A stretch of DNA of 60,578 nucleotides, counting the filler. It is 4 parts of 4 records of this genome, joined end to end, with 100 filler letters (N's around TTAATTAATTAA, not from the genome) between each part and the next. Parts side by side here need not be neighbours in the genome. Positions count along the whole stretch, not along the records: positions 1 to 31,060 come from SRR20825006_890; positions 31,161 to 41,326 come from SRR20825006_894; 2 more parts are not named here. The stretch is one strand, 5' to 3'. How positions within the stretch are numbered: the stretch's first letter is position 1; every line of letters starts with the position of its first letter. Both the position numbers and the translations under genes were made by a program. Of this stretch, positions 29,377-38,466 are shown piece by piece. Below the pieces are notes generated by a model, which was given only the letters and a program-made list of their open reading frames with translations, was not told where the DNA came from and searched no databases.

Positions 29377-30312
29377 TTACTGCTGCTCAAGAATGGCTTC
29401 AACACCCCGTCTGAAAACATCCTGCTGCGCACTTGCGGCCGCAATAATGGCTTCAATCTCGAAAAAGTCCATCGTTTCAAATTGTCCGACGGGCGGCGCG
29501 ATAAACAGATCGGGCTGGCTTGCCTGGAGCTTCTCGAGCACAATCGAATGCTGTGTTATGCTCATGGAGCCTGTCCAGGTGTCGAGTGAGCTTGGTATCT
29601 CGCCGTTATCTTCATCATCTGCGCCAGTCACGTCGATGCCGATGGTCGCATAATTGCTGGAATCGAGAATGTCGAAAGGCGTTGGATTAACGAAACCGCC
29701 ATCGATGAGCACACGGCCATCCAGGCGCATCGGGGTCAAAAGAACCGGCAGCGCCGAGGACGCGGCAATGGCGGGCAGCAAAGGTCCGTCCGTTATTATT
29801 CTCTGCGATTGTCCGTAAAAATCAGTCGCGACCACCAGCAACGGAATGTCCAGATCGGAAAAACGGTCTGGGAAACCTTCTGGCAAAAGCGATTTCAACA
29901 GGACTTCAGGTTCGATGACCGCCGGGCGGAACAGGTTGAACAGAGACGACCAGTTGTTTCCGGTGTCCAGCAGCAGACGTTTGAACAGCGTCGGTCCGCC
30001 GGAAAAGGTTTCAAGCGCGAATTCGCGGATACCGCGACCGGACATGCCGCCGCAATAAAGTGCACCAATGATAGAGCCCATCGATGTACCGGCAATCTGC
30101 TGCGGACGCACACCCATTTCATCCAGTGTTTCGAGAAACGGAATGTGGGCAAACGCTTTGGCCGCGCCCCCACCAAGCGCCAGAGCAATGCCGTCTTTTC
30201 GTGGCTGAGATTCTCTCGTGGACTGTTTCATGTCATCCTGCCGGGCATGTGTGGGGTTATTCGCTGCAACCAGACCAAGGCCCGCTGCAAGAAGGAAATT
30301 GCGTCGTTTCAC
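29377..30312 (-). CDS. Patatin-like phospholipase with twin-arginine signal peptide
   Basis: MKRRNFLLAAGLG...THA signal; GGGAAKA, GTSMG, ASSALP and DGG motifs. Confidence 0.88.
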   Translation of the reverse strand: MKRRNFLLAAGLGLVAANNPTHARQDDMKQSTRESQPRKDGIALALGGGAAKAFAHIPFLETLDEMGVRPQQIAGTSMGSIIGALYCGGMSGRGIREFALETFSGGPTLFKRLLLDTGNNWSSLFNLFRPAVIEPEVLLKSLLPEGFPDRFSDLDIPLLVVATDFYGQSQRIITDGPLLPAIAASSALPVLLTPMRLDGRVLIDGGFVNPTPFDILDSSNYATIGIDVTGADDEDNGEIPSSLDTWTGSMSITQHSIVLEKLQASQPDLFIAPPVGQFETMDFFEIEAIIAAASAQQDVFRRGVEAILEQQ

Positions 30313-30424
30313 TATTCTGTCTGCCCTTGTGGAGTTGCGGACGGACTATAGATGCCTCTCCCGGACCGGGCAAGCGGCCAGAGGCATTGCTCCGCCCCGC
30401 ACAAGCGTAATTCATCGCAGGTGA

Positions 30425-31060
30425 TCAGATATCCAGATTTTCGGCAAATGCGGCGTTTTCCTGAATGAACCGGAAGCGTGCTTCGGCCTTTGTTCCCATG
30501 AGGTCATCCACCGCAACTTTCGTGCCTTCAAAGTCGATCTCGTCGATGTTGACCTTGAGGAGTGTACGTTTACCCGGTGCCATGGTGGTTTCCTTCAACT
30601 GGGCAGGAAGCATTTCACCAAGGCCTTTGAACCGGCTGATCTCGACCTTGCCGCGACCGGTGAAAAATGATTCCATCAACTCCGCGCGGTGGGCGTCGTC
30701 ACGCGCATAGGCCGTCTTGCCGCCCTGCGTGATCTTGTAGAGCGGCGGAACGGCCAGATACAGATGGCCCTGCCTGATGAGTTCCGGGATTTCCTTGTAG
30801 AAAAAGGTGATCAGCAGCGAAGCGATATGGGCGCCATCGACGTCAGCATCGGTCATGATGATGATGCGTTCATACCGTAGGTCTTCTTCACGATATTTGG
30901 CGCGCGTGCCGCAGCCAAGCGCCTGAATGAGATCCGCCAGAAGCTGGTTTGAAGAAAATTTCTCGCGTCCGGCACTGGCGACATTCAGGATTTTGCCGCG
31001 CAGAGGCAGGATGGCCTGATTGGTACGGTTGCGGGCCTGCTTGGCGGAGCCGCCAGCCGA
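30425..31060 (-). CDS. parE: DNA topoisomerase IV subunit B (5'-truncated at contig end)
   Basis: [31 protein letters not shown] and RFKGLGEM; lacks the proteobacterial GyrB insertion. Confidence 0.9.
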   Translation of the reverse strand, partial: SAGGSAKQARNRTNQAILPLRGKILNVASAGREKFSSNQLLADLIQALGCGTRAKYREEDLRYERIIIMTDADVDGAHIASLLITFFYKEIPELIRQGHLYLAVPPLYKITQGGKTAYARDDAHRAELMESFFTGRGKVEISRFKGLGEMLPAQLKETTMAPGKRTLLKVNIDEIDFEGTKVAVDDLMGTKAEARFRFIQENAAFAENLDI

Positions 31061-31160
31061 NNNNNNNNNNNNNNNNNNNNNNNNNNNNNNNNNNNNNNNN
31101 NNNNTTAATTAATTAANNNNNNNNNNNNNNNNNNNNNNNNNNNNNNNNNNNNNNNNNNNN
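31061..31160. other. Artificial contig spacer
   Basis: N44-TTAATTAATTAA-N44; abrupt drop in GC content on the right side. Confidence 0.98.
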
Positions 31161-31290
31161 TTAAATCCCTCATTGAGGGTTTTATTCCCTGACGTTCTAC
31201 GTCGAAATGGATTAAAGTATTTTCCTTTGACTATCTCGCGGACTTGCCATGAGGTAGTTGATAAGGTATTATCTTTACATAATTTTTTTA

Positions 31291-33396
31291 CTAGTTCCCA
31301 TATCCTGGATTTTGCCAAATGGCCTTATCAGAAGGAGATAGGTTTGAGCCATCTTCATTGAGCAATCCATCAATAAAAGATTGAGGAATTGGTCTTAGTT
31401 CATGTTTGTTTTCAGTAATAGCTGCGGCAGCTTCTGGATTAAAAGCTCTAGCTCTTTTAACAAGAGTTCCTGTTCTAGAAAGAGTTTCCCATCTTTGCCA
31501 TTCTCCTAATAATTCACGAGTACGTTCATTTAAAATAAAATGCAACGCTCTTTCATAATTGCTAGAAGCTCCTACTTTTGTTAATATTTTTTCATCTTCT
31601 GGAGGTAAATTGCTAGGAAAAGAACTAAGCTCTAAATTAGAAGGGTCTGTAGTTACATCAACATCTGGATTAGACAAATAATAAGTATTCATATTAAGAT
31701 TTGAATTGATGTAATTTTCTGCGGCAGTACCCGTATTTAGGTTGTTATTTTCAAAAGCCATTCCTCCATCGGTATAATAAGATCTGTTTTCTCCAGCTTT
31801 CCATTCCGCTCTTCTTCTAACCTCATTAATATCATTCATAGCATTTCCATATTGATTTAATCTAACATAGCATTCTGCTCTAACAAGATAAGTTTCTGCA
31901 AGTCTCGCCATAGTAACGTCTCTATGAGCGTCTCCTTTTTCAGCAAAACGAGATCCATCGTCTGTTTTGTTAATTCCTGCAAAAAAGTTACAAATAGGCT
32001 GATTTTTAAAGTTAGGAGCTACATATTCTCCATTTTGATACAACACTAAAGAATTTGGAACCCATTGTCCAGTTTCATTTGTAAGGCCACCAGAGGTTGG
32101 TGTTTGGCGTTCTCCAATATTCCATTCTGCAAGTCTTCCTTCTGTATCTGTCCAATCTGGATTTTGAACAAAGGCACCAAAAGTATATCCATCATAGGTA
32201 TTATCTTCTTCGGTGTTAAGAATCATCACAATTCCAGGATCTCCAGGTTCAACATCATATCCTTCATCTGCAATATTATTTGCTCCATAAACGGTTTTAA
32301 AAGTTTTCCACATACGAGCATCGTTTACATGGTCAAAAACAGCATAACTGTATTCTGTAGGTCTACAACGTTGAAAGTCCATTCCACCAATCCATACACC
32401 ACGGCGTACCCATCCTCCAGAAAAACTAGAAAATTGCGGATTAAAGTAGTTGTATGTTCTATTTCCAAAGCGTCCGCTAGTTGCTCCATCGGCATTGTAT
32501 CCTGCAGCCATTAAGATTTCGTCTAATTGCTCAATTTCACAGTCTATTCCTGTCCAATTAGCATATAAATCGTTATAATCTGGAGTAAGAGGTCCACGTG
32601 CATTAATAGCATAAGAAGCTACATCTACAGCTTCGTTTAAGTCTGCATCAATGTAGGAACTATTCCAATCTTCATTACGCTCAGAAGCTCTAAATAGAAG
32701 GGCTTTTGCTAAAAAGTGTGCTGCTGTAGCTTTGGTCCAAGTAATCCCTTTTCCGTAGGTAAAAACTTCTCCTTCAAATAAATCATATGCATTTCTAAAA
32801 TCTGAAATAATCTGTTCCCAGCATTGTTCCGCAGTAGGTCTTTCAAAATTTCTAACAATTCCATCTGCAGGCTCGGTTTGTAATACTACACTTCCGTATT
32901 GAGCGGTAAGTCTGTAGTAATTATAACCTCTTAAGAAATAAGCGTGTGCAAGGCAACGATTACGTACAGATTCGTCTTCAACAACTTCAGGAGCTTTTGC
33001 AATAATGGTATTAGCAGAAGCAATTCCGTAATACAATTGATCCCAAAGGTTGGCTGGAGACGTAGCATTCCCGTTAGCAGCTCCAGTTTCTGGTGTTGCT
33101 CCAAGTGGTCCTAATCTATTATCGTAGGTGTTCCACATTTCGTTGGTTAAATCGTTGGCATTGGTAAACTCATCGGTACCATAGAGTGTTGTACCATAAG
33201 CCCATTCATATCCAAAATGCCATCTTATATTACCATAAAGAGAGCGTGTAAGTTCTTCTATACCTTCAGGAGTATCAAAATAATCCGTAGAGTATTGAGT
33301 TGTCAATTCTTCATCTAGGAAATCTTTATTACAAGAAGTCAATGAAAGTCCTAATATGATGAAAAGGCAAATTCCTATGTTTTTTATAGTAGTCAT
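31291..33396 (-). CDS. SusD/RagB family glycan-binding lipoprotein
   Basis: LTSC lipobox followed by KDFLDEE; RLAETYLVRAE, ILNERTRELLGEWQRW and QNPGY. Start 33396 or 33417. Confidence 0.93.
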   Translation of the reverse strand: MTTIKNIGICLFIILGLSLTSCNKDFLDEELTTQYSTDYFDTPEGIEELTRSLYGNIRWHFGYEWAYGTTLYGTDEFTNANDLTNEMWNTYDNRLGPLGATPETGAANGNATSPANLWDQLYYGIASANTIIAKAPEVVEDESVRNRCLAHAYFLRGYNYYRLTAQYGSVVLQTEPADGIVRNFERPTAEQCWEQIISDFRNAYDLFEGEVFTYGKGITWTKATAAHFLAKALLFRASERNEDWNSSYIDADLNEAVDVASYAINARGPLTPDYNDLYANWTGIDCEIEQLDEILMAAGYNADGATSGRFGNRTYNYFNPQFSSFSGGWVRRGVWIGGMDFQRCRPTEYSYAVFDHVNDARMWKTFKTVYGANNIADEGYDVEPGDPGIVMILNTEEDNTYDGYTFGAFVQNPDWTDTEGRLAEWNIGERQTPTSGGLTNETGQWVPNSLVLYQNGEYVAPNFKNQPICNFFAGINKTDDGSRFAEKGDAHRDVTMARLAETYLVRAECYVRLNQYGNAMNDINEVRRRAEWKAGENRSYYTDGGMAFENNNLNTGTAAENYINSNLNMNTYYLSNPDVDVTTDPSNLELSSFPSNLPPEDEKILTKVGASSNYERALHFILNERTRELLGEWQRWETLSRTGTLVKRARAFNPEAAAAITENKHELRPIPQSFIDGLLNEDGSNLSPSDKAIWQNPGYGN

Positions 33397-33434
33397 AATC
33401 TTATTTTTTATATTCATTCGTCAGTACTAGGTTA

Positions 33435-36400
33435 TTATAGTCCAATATTAATTCCTAAAGCAAAGCTTCTGTTAAAGAATGTGGAATTCACATCAAAGTC
33501 ATACCAGTCTACAGTTTGATAAATACTACCTGGATTGATAGCTTGGAAATAGATTTTTAGATTGTTAAATCCATTTTTGTCGCAAAAATCTCTAGGGAAA
33601 TTATATCCTAAGGAGATGTTTCTTATTTTAACAAAACCAGCATCTTTAAAGCCTAGAATTCCTGAAAAGTCATCTTGAGAACCTGAGGTTGCTTGCCCTA
33701 AAATTGGTTTTTGAAATTCTGCATCTGTGTTATCTGGAGTCCAGTAATCTACATCTATTTGATTAGAATGGGAAGTAAATGCTTGTCCTCCAATATTATC
33801 TTTATAGCCTAAACGAGAATAAATGTTCATGCTAAGTTCTATTCCTTTGTAAGAAAAAGCATTGTTCCATCCTAAAACCCATCTAGGATTGCTGTTTCCT
33901 AAAATTACACGATCCTCTTCTGTCATTTCATAATCTCCGTTTTGATCTTTTGGTCGCACATTTCCAGGCGTAAAATCATAACCATTAGCATTCCATAAAG
34001 CCATTTCCGCTTGGTCCTCTGGAGTATCTTGCCACATACCTTGGTTGTCATAACCGTATTCAATGGCTATAGAATTACCTATAAACCATCCATTATCTAC
34101 CATGTCGTTTTTACCATAAGCTAACTCTTCAATTTCGTCTTTCTGCCAAGCTACATTAACATTAGTATCCCATGCAAAGCCTCCATTGGTTTGAATTGGA
34201 GTAGCATTTAGTGTTAACTCAACTCCACGGTTATTTGTTTTACCTATGTTAGCAATGATATTTGGATATCCAGTTAGGGTAGGGATGTTTACCGACATTA
34301 AGAGGTCGTTTGTAAAAGACTTATACATATCCAAACTACCGCTAATTCTATTACTAAACAAAGCAAAATCCAATCCTATGTTGTATTGAGTGGTTTTTTC
34401 CCATCCAAGATCAGAGTTAGCCATTGTTAATTGATCTCTAGAATAATATGGTTCGTTGGTAGTATATCCTACTAAATTATCCATTCCGTTAAATGGGAGG
34501 TATATTTGAGTAATATCTCCTTTGGTAGCATATGGAGAAACCGCTGAGTTTCCTGTAACACCAAATCCTAAACGAAGTTTAAGATCGTTAAGCCAAGTAG
34601 CTTCACTCATAAAGCTTTCTTGCTTAATTCTCCATGCCAAAGCAGCAGAAGGGAAGAAGTCCCATTTATTTCCTTCTCCTAACTGAGAAGCTCCATCCCA
34701 ACGGCCAGAGAGTGTTAAAAGGTAACGGTCGTCAAAACCATAATTTGCTCTAACCATATAAGAGCTTAGTTGACGCTCTGTTAAGCCCGAACTCATTCCT
34801 GCATTATTATCTGGATTTGTAATATCTATAGTTCCAAAAGCATTCCATAAATAAGATTCTTTAGGAATGTTATTAGCACTCATAGCCGATTCTTCAATAT
34901 TCCATGAGGAAGCGGTTTGTAAAAGGGTAAAACCTACATTGTGTTTTTCTGCAAAAGTTCTATTGTATAATAACATATTGTCTAGTGTCCACGAAAAATC
35001 TCTACGATTTCTCAGTCTTGCATAGTTAACACCTTCAGAACCGTCGGCATTGATTTTATAAGAAGAAGTACCATCTATATAAGCACCTTCTCTCCAATGA
35101 CGAAAATCAGGACCAAAATTCATTTTGTATTGTAGTCCTTTTAACGGACTAATAATTTCGCCTAAATCTATAGTAGCAGAAAGACTTCCTAATAAACGCA
35201 TGGTTTCAGATAACTGGGTACTTTTATCCCATTCGTCAATAATGGTATAAATACCAGATTCTCCTCCAGGATTAATTACTAGATTCCCATCAGCATCATA
35301 AGGAACTGCCATGTTGTAAATTCCTTTTGCATTTCCATAGATTGCATCTGGACCAGAACCACTACGAGCTCCTAATCTAGACATTCCATAATCTTGTTCA
35401 CTCCAAGTAGCATTCATGGTAGCGTTAAATGTAAACCAATCTGTTGCTTTTATTTCAGCACTCAGTTTTGCAGTATAACGCTCGTAAAATTGCCCTTTTT
35501 GAGTACCTTCGTTATTAAGGTATCCAAAAGAACCATAAGCATTCATCTTTTCGGTACCTCCACTAGCACTAATGTTATGTTCTGTAGTAACAGCAGTTTT
35601 TGTAACAAAATCTGTCCAATCTGTATTCATTACTCTAGAAGCGTCATAAGTTCCGTTTTGCCAGCCACTTAACACATTATCTCTAGAAGTTTGTCCATCC
35701 AAAGCACTATCAAAAATAACACGATCATTCTCTAAGGTTGGACTGTTTGGGTTTGCATAAGTTTGTGAATCAAGGTTATAAGCAGCCCAACGTCTAAATT
35801 CAATAAAATCGGCTGCACTCATAGAAGGAGCTCTATCAACAATATTAGAAGTAGTTACAACTCCAGTATAATCCAAGCTAAATCTACCCGGTTTCCCTTG
35901 TTTTGTAGATACTATAATTACCCCATTTGCCCCACGAGATCCATAAATTGCAGTTGCTGAGGCATCTTTTAAAACCTCAATAGACTCAATATCTCTTGGG
36001 TTTAATGTTTCAATAGAACTATCGGACATAAGAGGTACCCCATCTACAACATATAAAGGATCGTTACTTGCAGTTAAAGAGCGACTTCCTCGAATTCGAA
36101 CATCTCCAATTTCACCAGGACGCTGATTACTTGTAATGTCTATCCCTGCTGCTTTCCCTTGTAAAGCTTCAAAGGCATTATTAACAGGTTGGTTCATAAG
36201 TTCTTCAGATCCTACACTAACTAATGCTCCAGTAACGTCACTCTTTTTTGCAGTTCCATACCCAATTACAACTACTTCATCAAGTTCGTTGCTGTCCAAT
36301 TTCATTACTGCATTATAGGTATTTTGTTGGGTAATAGTCTTCTCAATCGTTTGCGAGCCTACATACGTAAAAACCAATACTTCTCCTTGTGAAGCATTTA

Positions 36401-36590
36401 TGCTGTAGTTTCCGTCAAAATCTGTACTTACACCTCTTTGTGTTCCTTTTACAACTACATTAACACCAGGCATTGGAATCCCAGAATCATCTGTAACTGT
36501 ACCAGTTATATTTTTACCTTGTCCATAAACTGAACCCGATATAAATATTAGGAGTAACGTACTTAGCCAAAGAAAAAATTTTTGTTTCAT
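33435..36590 (-). CDS. SusC/RagA family TonB-dependent transporter
   Basis: CarboxypepD-like N-domain, EVVVIGYG, PLYVVDG, LKDASATAIYGSRGANGVI and LGWEKT; directly upstream of susD. Confidence 0.96.
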   Translation of the reverse strand: MKQKFFLWLSTLLLIFISGSVYGQGKNITGTVTDDSGIPMPGVNVVVKGTQRGVSTDFDGNYSINASQGEVLVFTYVGSQTIEKTITQQNTYNAVMKLDSNELDEVVVIGYGTAKKSDVTGALVSVGSEELMNQPVNNAFEALQGKAAGIDITSNQRPGEIGDVRIRGSRSLTASNDPLYVVDGVPLMSDSSIETLNPRDIESIEVLKDASATAIYGSRGANGVIIVSTKQGKPGRFSLDYTGVVTTSNIVDRAPSMSAADFIEFRRWAAYNLDSQTYANPNSPTLENDRVIFDSALDGQTSRDNVLSGWQNGTYDASRVMNTDWTDFVTKTAVTTEHNISASGGTEKMNAYGSFGYLNNEGTQKGQFYERYTAKLSAEIKATDWFTFNATMNATWSEQDYGMSRLGARSGSGPDAIYGNAKGIYNMAVPYDADGNLVINPGGESGIYTIIDEWDKSTQLSETMRLLGSLSATIDLGEIISPLKGLQYKMNFGPDFRHWREGAYIDGTSSYKINADGSEGVNYARLRNRRDFSWTLDNMLLYNRTFAEKHNVGFTLLQTASSWNIEESAMSANNIPKESYLWNAFGTIDITNPDNNAGMSSGLTERQLSSYMVRANYGFDDRYLLTLSGRWDGASQLGEGNKWDFFPSAALAWRIKQESFMSEATWLNDLKLRLGFGVTGNSAVSPYATKGDITQIYLPFNGMDNLVGYTTNEPYYSRDQLTMANSDLGWEKTTQYNIGLDFALFSNRISGSLDMYKSFTNDLLMSVNIPTLTGYPNIIANIGKTNNRGVELTLNATPIQTNGGFAWDTNVNVAWQKDEIEELAYGKNDMVDNGWFIGNSIAIEYGYDNQGMWQDTPEDQAEMALWNANGYDFTPGNVRPKDQNGDYEMTEEDRVILGNSNPRWVLGWNNAFSYKGIELSMNIYSRLGYKDNIGGQAFTSHSNQIDVDYWTPDNTDAEFQKPILGQATSGSQDDFSGILGFKDAGFVKIRNISLGYNFPRDFCDKNGFNNLKIYFQAINPGSIYQTVDWYDFDVNSTFFNRSFALGINIGL

Positions 36591-36618
36591 AAATAAATTA
36601 GTTTAGTTATCGATTTAC

Positions 36619-36663
36619 CAAAAATATTTAATTGGTGTTTTTATACTATCCTGTTGTGTGCTG
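36619..36663 (-). promoter_or_regulatory. susC promoter: Bacteroidetes -7 box plus putative activator site
   Basis: Minus strand reads CAGCAC-acaa-CAGGAT-N21-TATTTTTG (TAnnTTTG consensus). Confidence 0.55.
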
Positions 36664-36674
36664 TAATCGATTAC
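36663..36674. promoter_or_regulatory. LacI-family-like palindromic operator
   Basis: Perfect 12-bp palindrome GTAATCGATTAC with central CG. Confidence 0.55.
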
Positions 36675-36920
36675 CCTTTTCTAAAGAATTTTAGTACTTA
36701 AATACCTTAAGTGTACTGTAAACACGTATGCTTTGAAGCTTTTAAGAATGTGATATTTTTATTGATTTTAAGTGAATATTTTGTAAGTTTTTATTTCATT
36801 TTATCTTTTTAAAGGTGCTTTTATTGTGTATTTATTAATATGAAGGGTGAAATTTTGTGATTACTCTATTGAAAGAAAGTACTTTTTATGTACTTAAAAA
36901 TGAATCAAAATAGGTTAGTG

Positions 36921-36965
36921 CAGGACGGAGCAGGATGATATACTTTTGCTTAAACTATATATTTA
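36921..36965 (+). promoter_or_regulatory. GH28 promoter: putative activator site plus -7 box
   Basis: CAGGAC-ggag-CAGGAT-N21-TATATTTA, the same architecture as the susC promoter. Confidence 0.5.
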
Positions 36966-37000
36966 TACCTTTATTTAACCATACCAATCTATTTAAACCT

Positions 37001-38329
37001 ATGAAAGTATTAAGCGTAGCAAGCTGTATAGAGATATTTCTTCTTTTAATTTTAATTTCTCCCCAATTTGTAACTTCTCAAGACGTCTTTCCAGATGGAA
37101 CAACCATCCCAGATTGGTTTAAACAAGTGGAGGAAACCGATATTTCTAAATTGGGGAAACAATACGTTATAACCGATTTTGATGTTAAAATGGATAGTAC
37201 GCTAGTACAGACTGAAAAAATTCAAGGAGTTATTGACCAAGCGGGTACAAGTGGTGGTGGAGTAATTGTTATACCGAAAGGAGTTTTTTTAAGTGGCGCT
37301 TTATTTTTTAAGCAAAACACTCATTTATATTTGGAAAAGGGAGGTGTGCTAAAAGGAAGTGATGATATCAGTGATTTTCCAGTAGTAATGACAAGAATAG
37401 AAGGGCAGTCTGGGAAATATTTTCCAGCTTTGGTAAACGCTGATGGCTTGGATGGTTTTACAGTTTCTGGAAAAGGAACTATCAATGGAAATGGATTAAG
37501 GTATTGGAAGGCCTTTTGGTTGCGTAGAGAGTGGAATCCAGACTGTACCAATAAAGATGAAATGAGACCAAGACTTTTATATGTTTCCAATAGTAAGAAT
37601 ATTCAAATTTCTAATATTCATCTAAAAGATTCTCCTTTTTGGACAACTCATTTTTATAAGTGTGAAAATGTAAAATTACTCAATTTAAAGATTACCTCTC
37701 CTTCAAAACCAGTAAAAGCTCCTAGTACGGATGCTGTTGATATTGATGTATGTACTAACTTCTTAATTAAGAATTGTTATATGTCGGTTAACGATGATGC
37801 TGTTGCTCTAAAAGGAGGAAAAGGACCATTTGCTCATGAAGACCCAAATAATGGTGAGAATCGTAATATTTTAATAGAAGATAATACCTATGGTTTTTGT
37901 CACAGTGCTCTTACTTGCGGGAGTGAATCCTTACATAATTACAATGTACTTTTTAGACGTTCTACTGTGGAGGATGCCAGTAGGGTTTTTTGGTTAAAAA
38001 TGAGACCAGATACCAATCAGAATTATGAATATATTGCCATAGAAGACATAAGTGGAAGCGCAAGGAATATGATTTATATAAAGCCATGGACTCAATTTTT
38101 TGACTTGAAAGGGGAGAAGGATATTAGAGCGTCTAAAGCGCAAGATATAACTATGAAAAATTTAGAACTGACTTGCGATAAAGTTTTTAATATTCAAGAA
38201 TCTAATCAGTATGAATTATCCAATTTCACCTTTGAAAATATTTCGGTAAATTCTAGTGATGGAGCCATTGAGAATACCAATTTTATTAAGGATTTAACGT
38301 TCAAAAAAGTTGATATTTCTTCAAAGTAA
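37001..38329 (+). CDS. Glycoside hydrolase family 28 (exo-galacturonidase / rhamnogalacturonan-active type)
   Basis: Signal peptide; PKGVFLSGALF, GTINGNG, SPFW, STDAVD and NDDAVALK beta-helix motifs. Start at 37001. Confidence 0.9.
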   Translation: MKVLSVASCIEIFLLLILISPQFVTSQDVFPDGTTIPDWFKQVEETDISKLGKQYVITDFDVKMDSTLVQTEKIQGVIDQAGTSGGGVIVIPKGVFLSGALFFKQNTHLYLEKGGVLKGSDDISDFPVVMTRIEGQSGKYFPALVNADGLDGFTVSGKGTINGNGLRYWKAFWLRREWNPDCTNKDEMRPRLLYVSNSKNIQISNIHLKDSPFWTTHFYKCENVKLLNLKITSPSKPVKAPSTDAVDIDVCTNFLIKNCYMSVNDDAVALKGGKGPFAHEDPNNGENRNILIEDNTYGFCHSALTCGSESLHNYNVLFRRSTVEDASRVFWLKMRPDTNQNYEYIAIEDISGSARNMIYIKPWTQFFDLKGEKDIRASKAQDITMKNLELTCDKVFNIQESNQYELSNFTFENISVNSSDGAIENTNFIKDLTFKKVDISSK

Positions 38330-38466
38330 GAACTAAACAACATGTGGTAAATAAGAGGAGAAAACTATTTTAGATGGCATTATTTTTTGCTGAGTTTTTT
38401 CGAATCAAAAGTATAATTCAATCGGCAAGGAAATCAGTAATAAACAGATAAGGTTAAATTGATTAA

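Noticed and set aside
29358..29543. N-terminal extension of the 630-aa ORF
   Set aside because: Overlaps the patatin 3' end in another frame; the start at 29357 fits better.
31105..31116. TTAATTAATTAA palindrome (also at 41371 and 50732) as a biological repeat or att site
   Set aside because: Synthetic six-frame-stop linker embedded in N runs.
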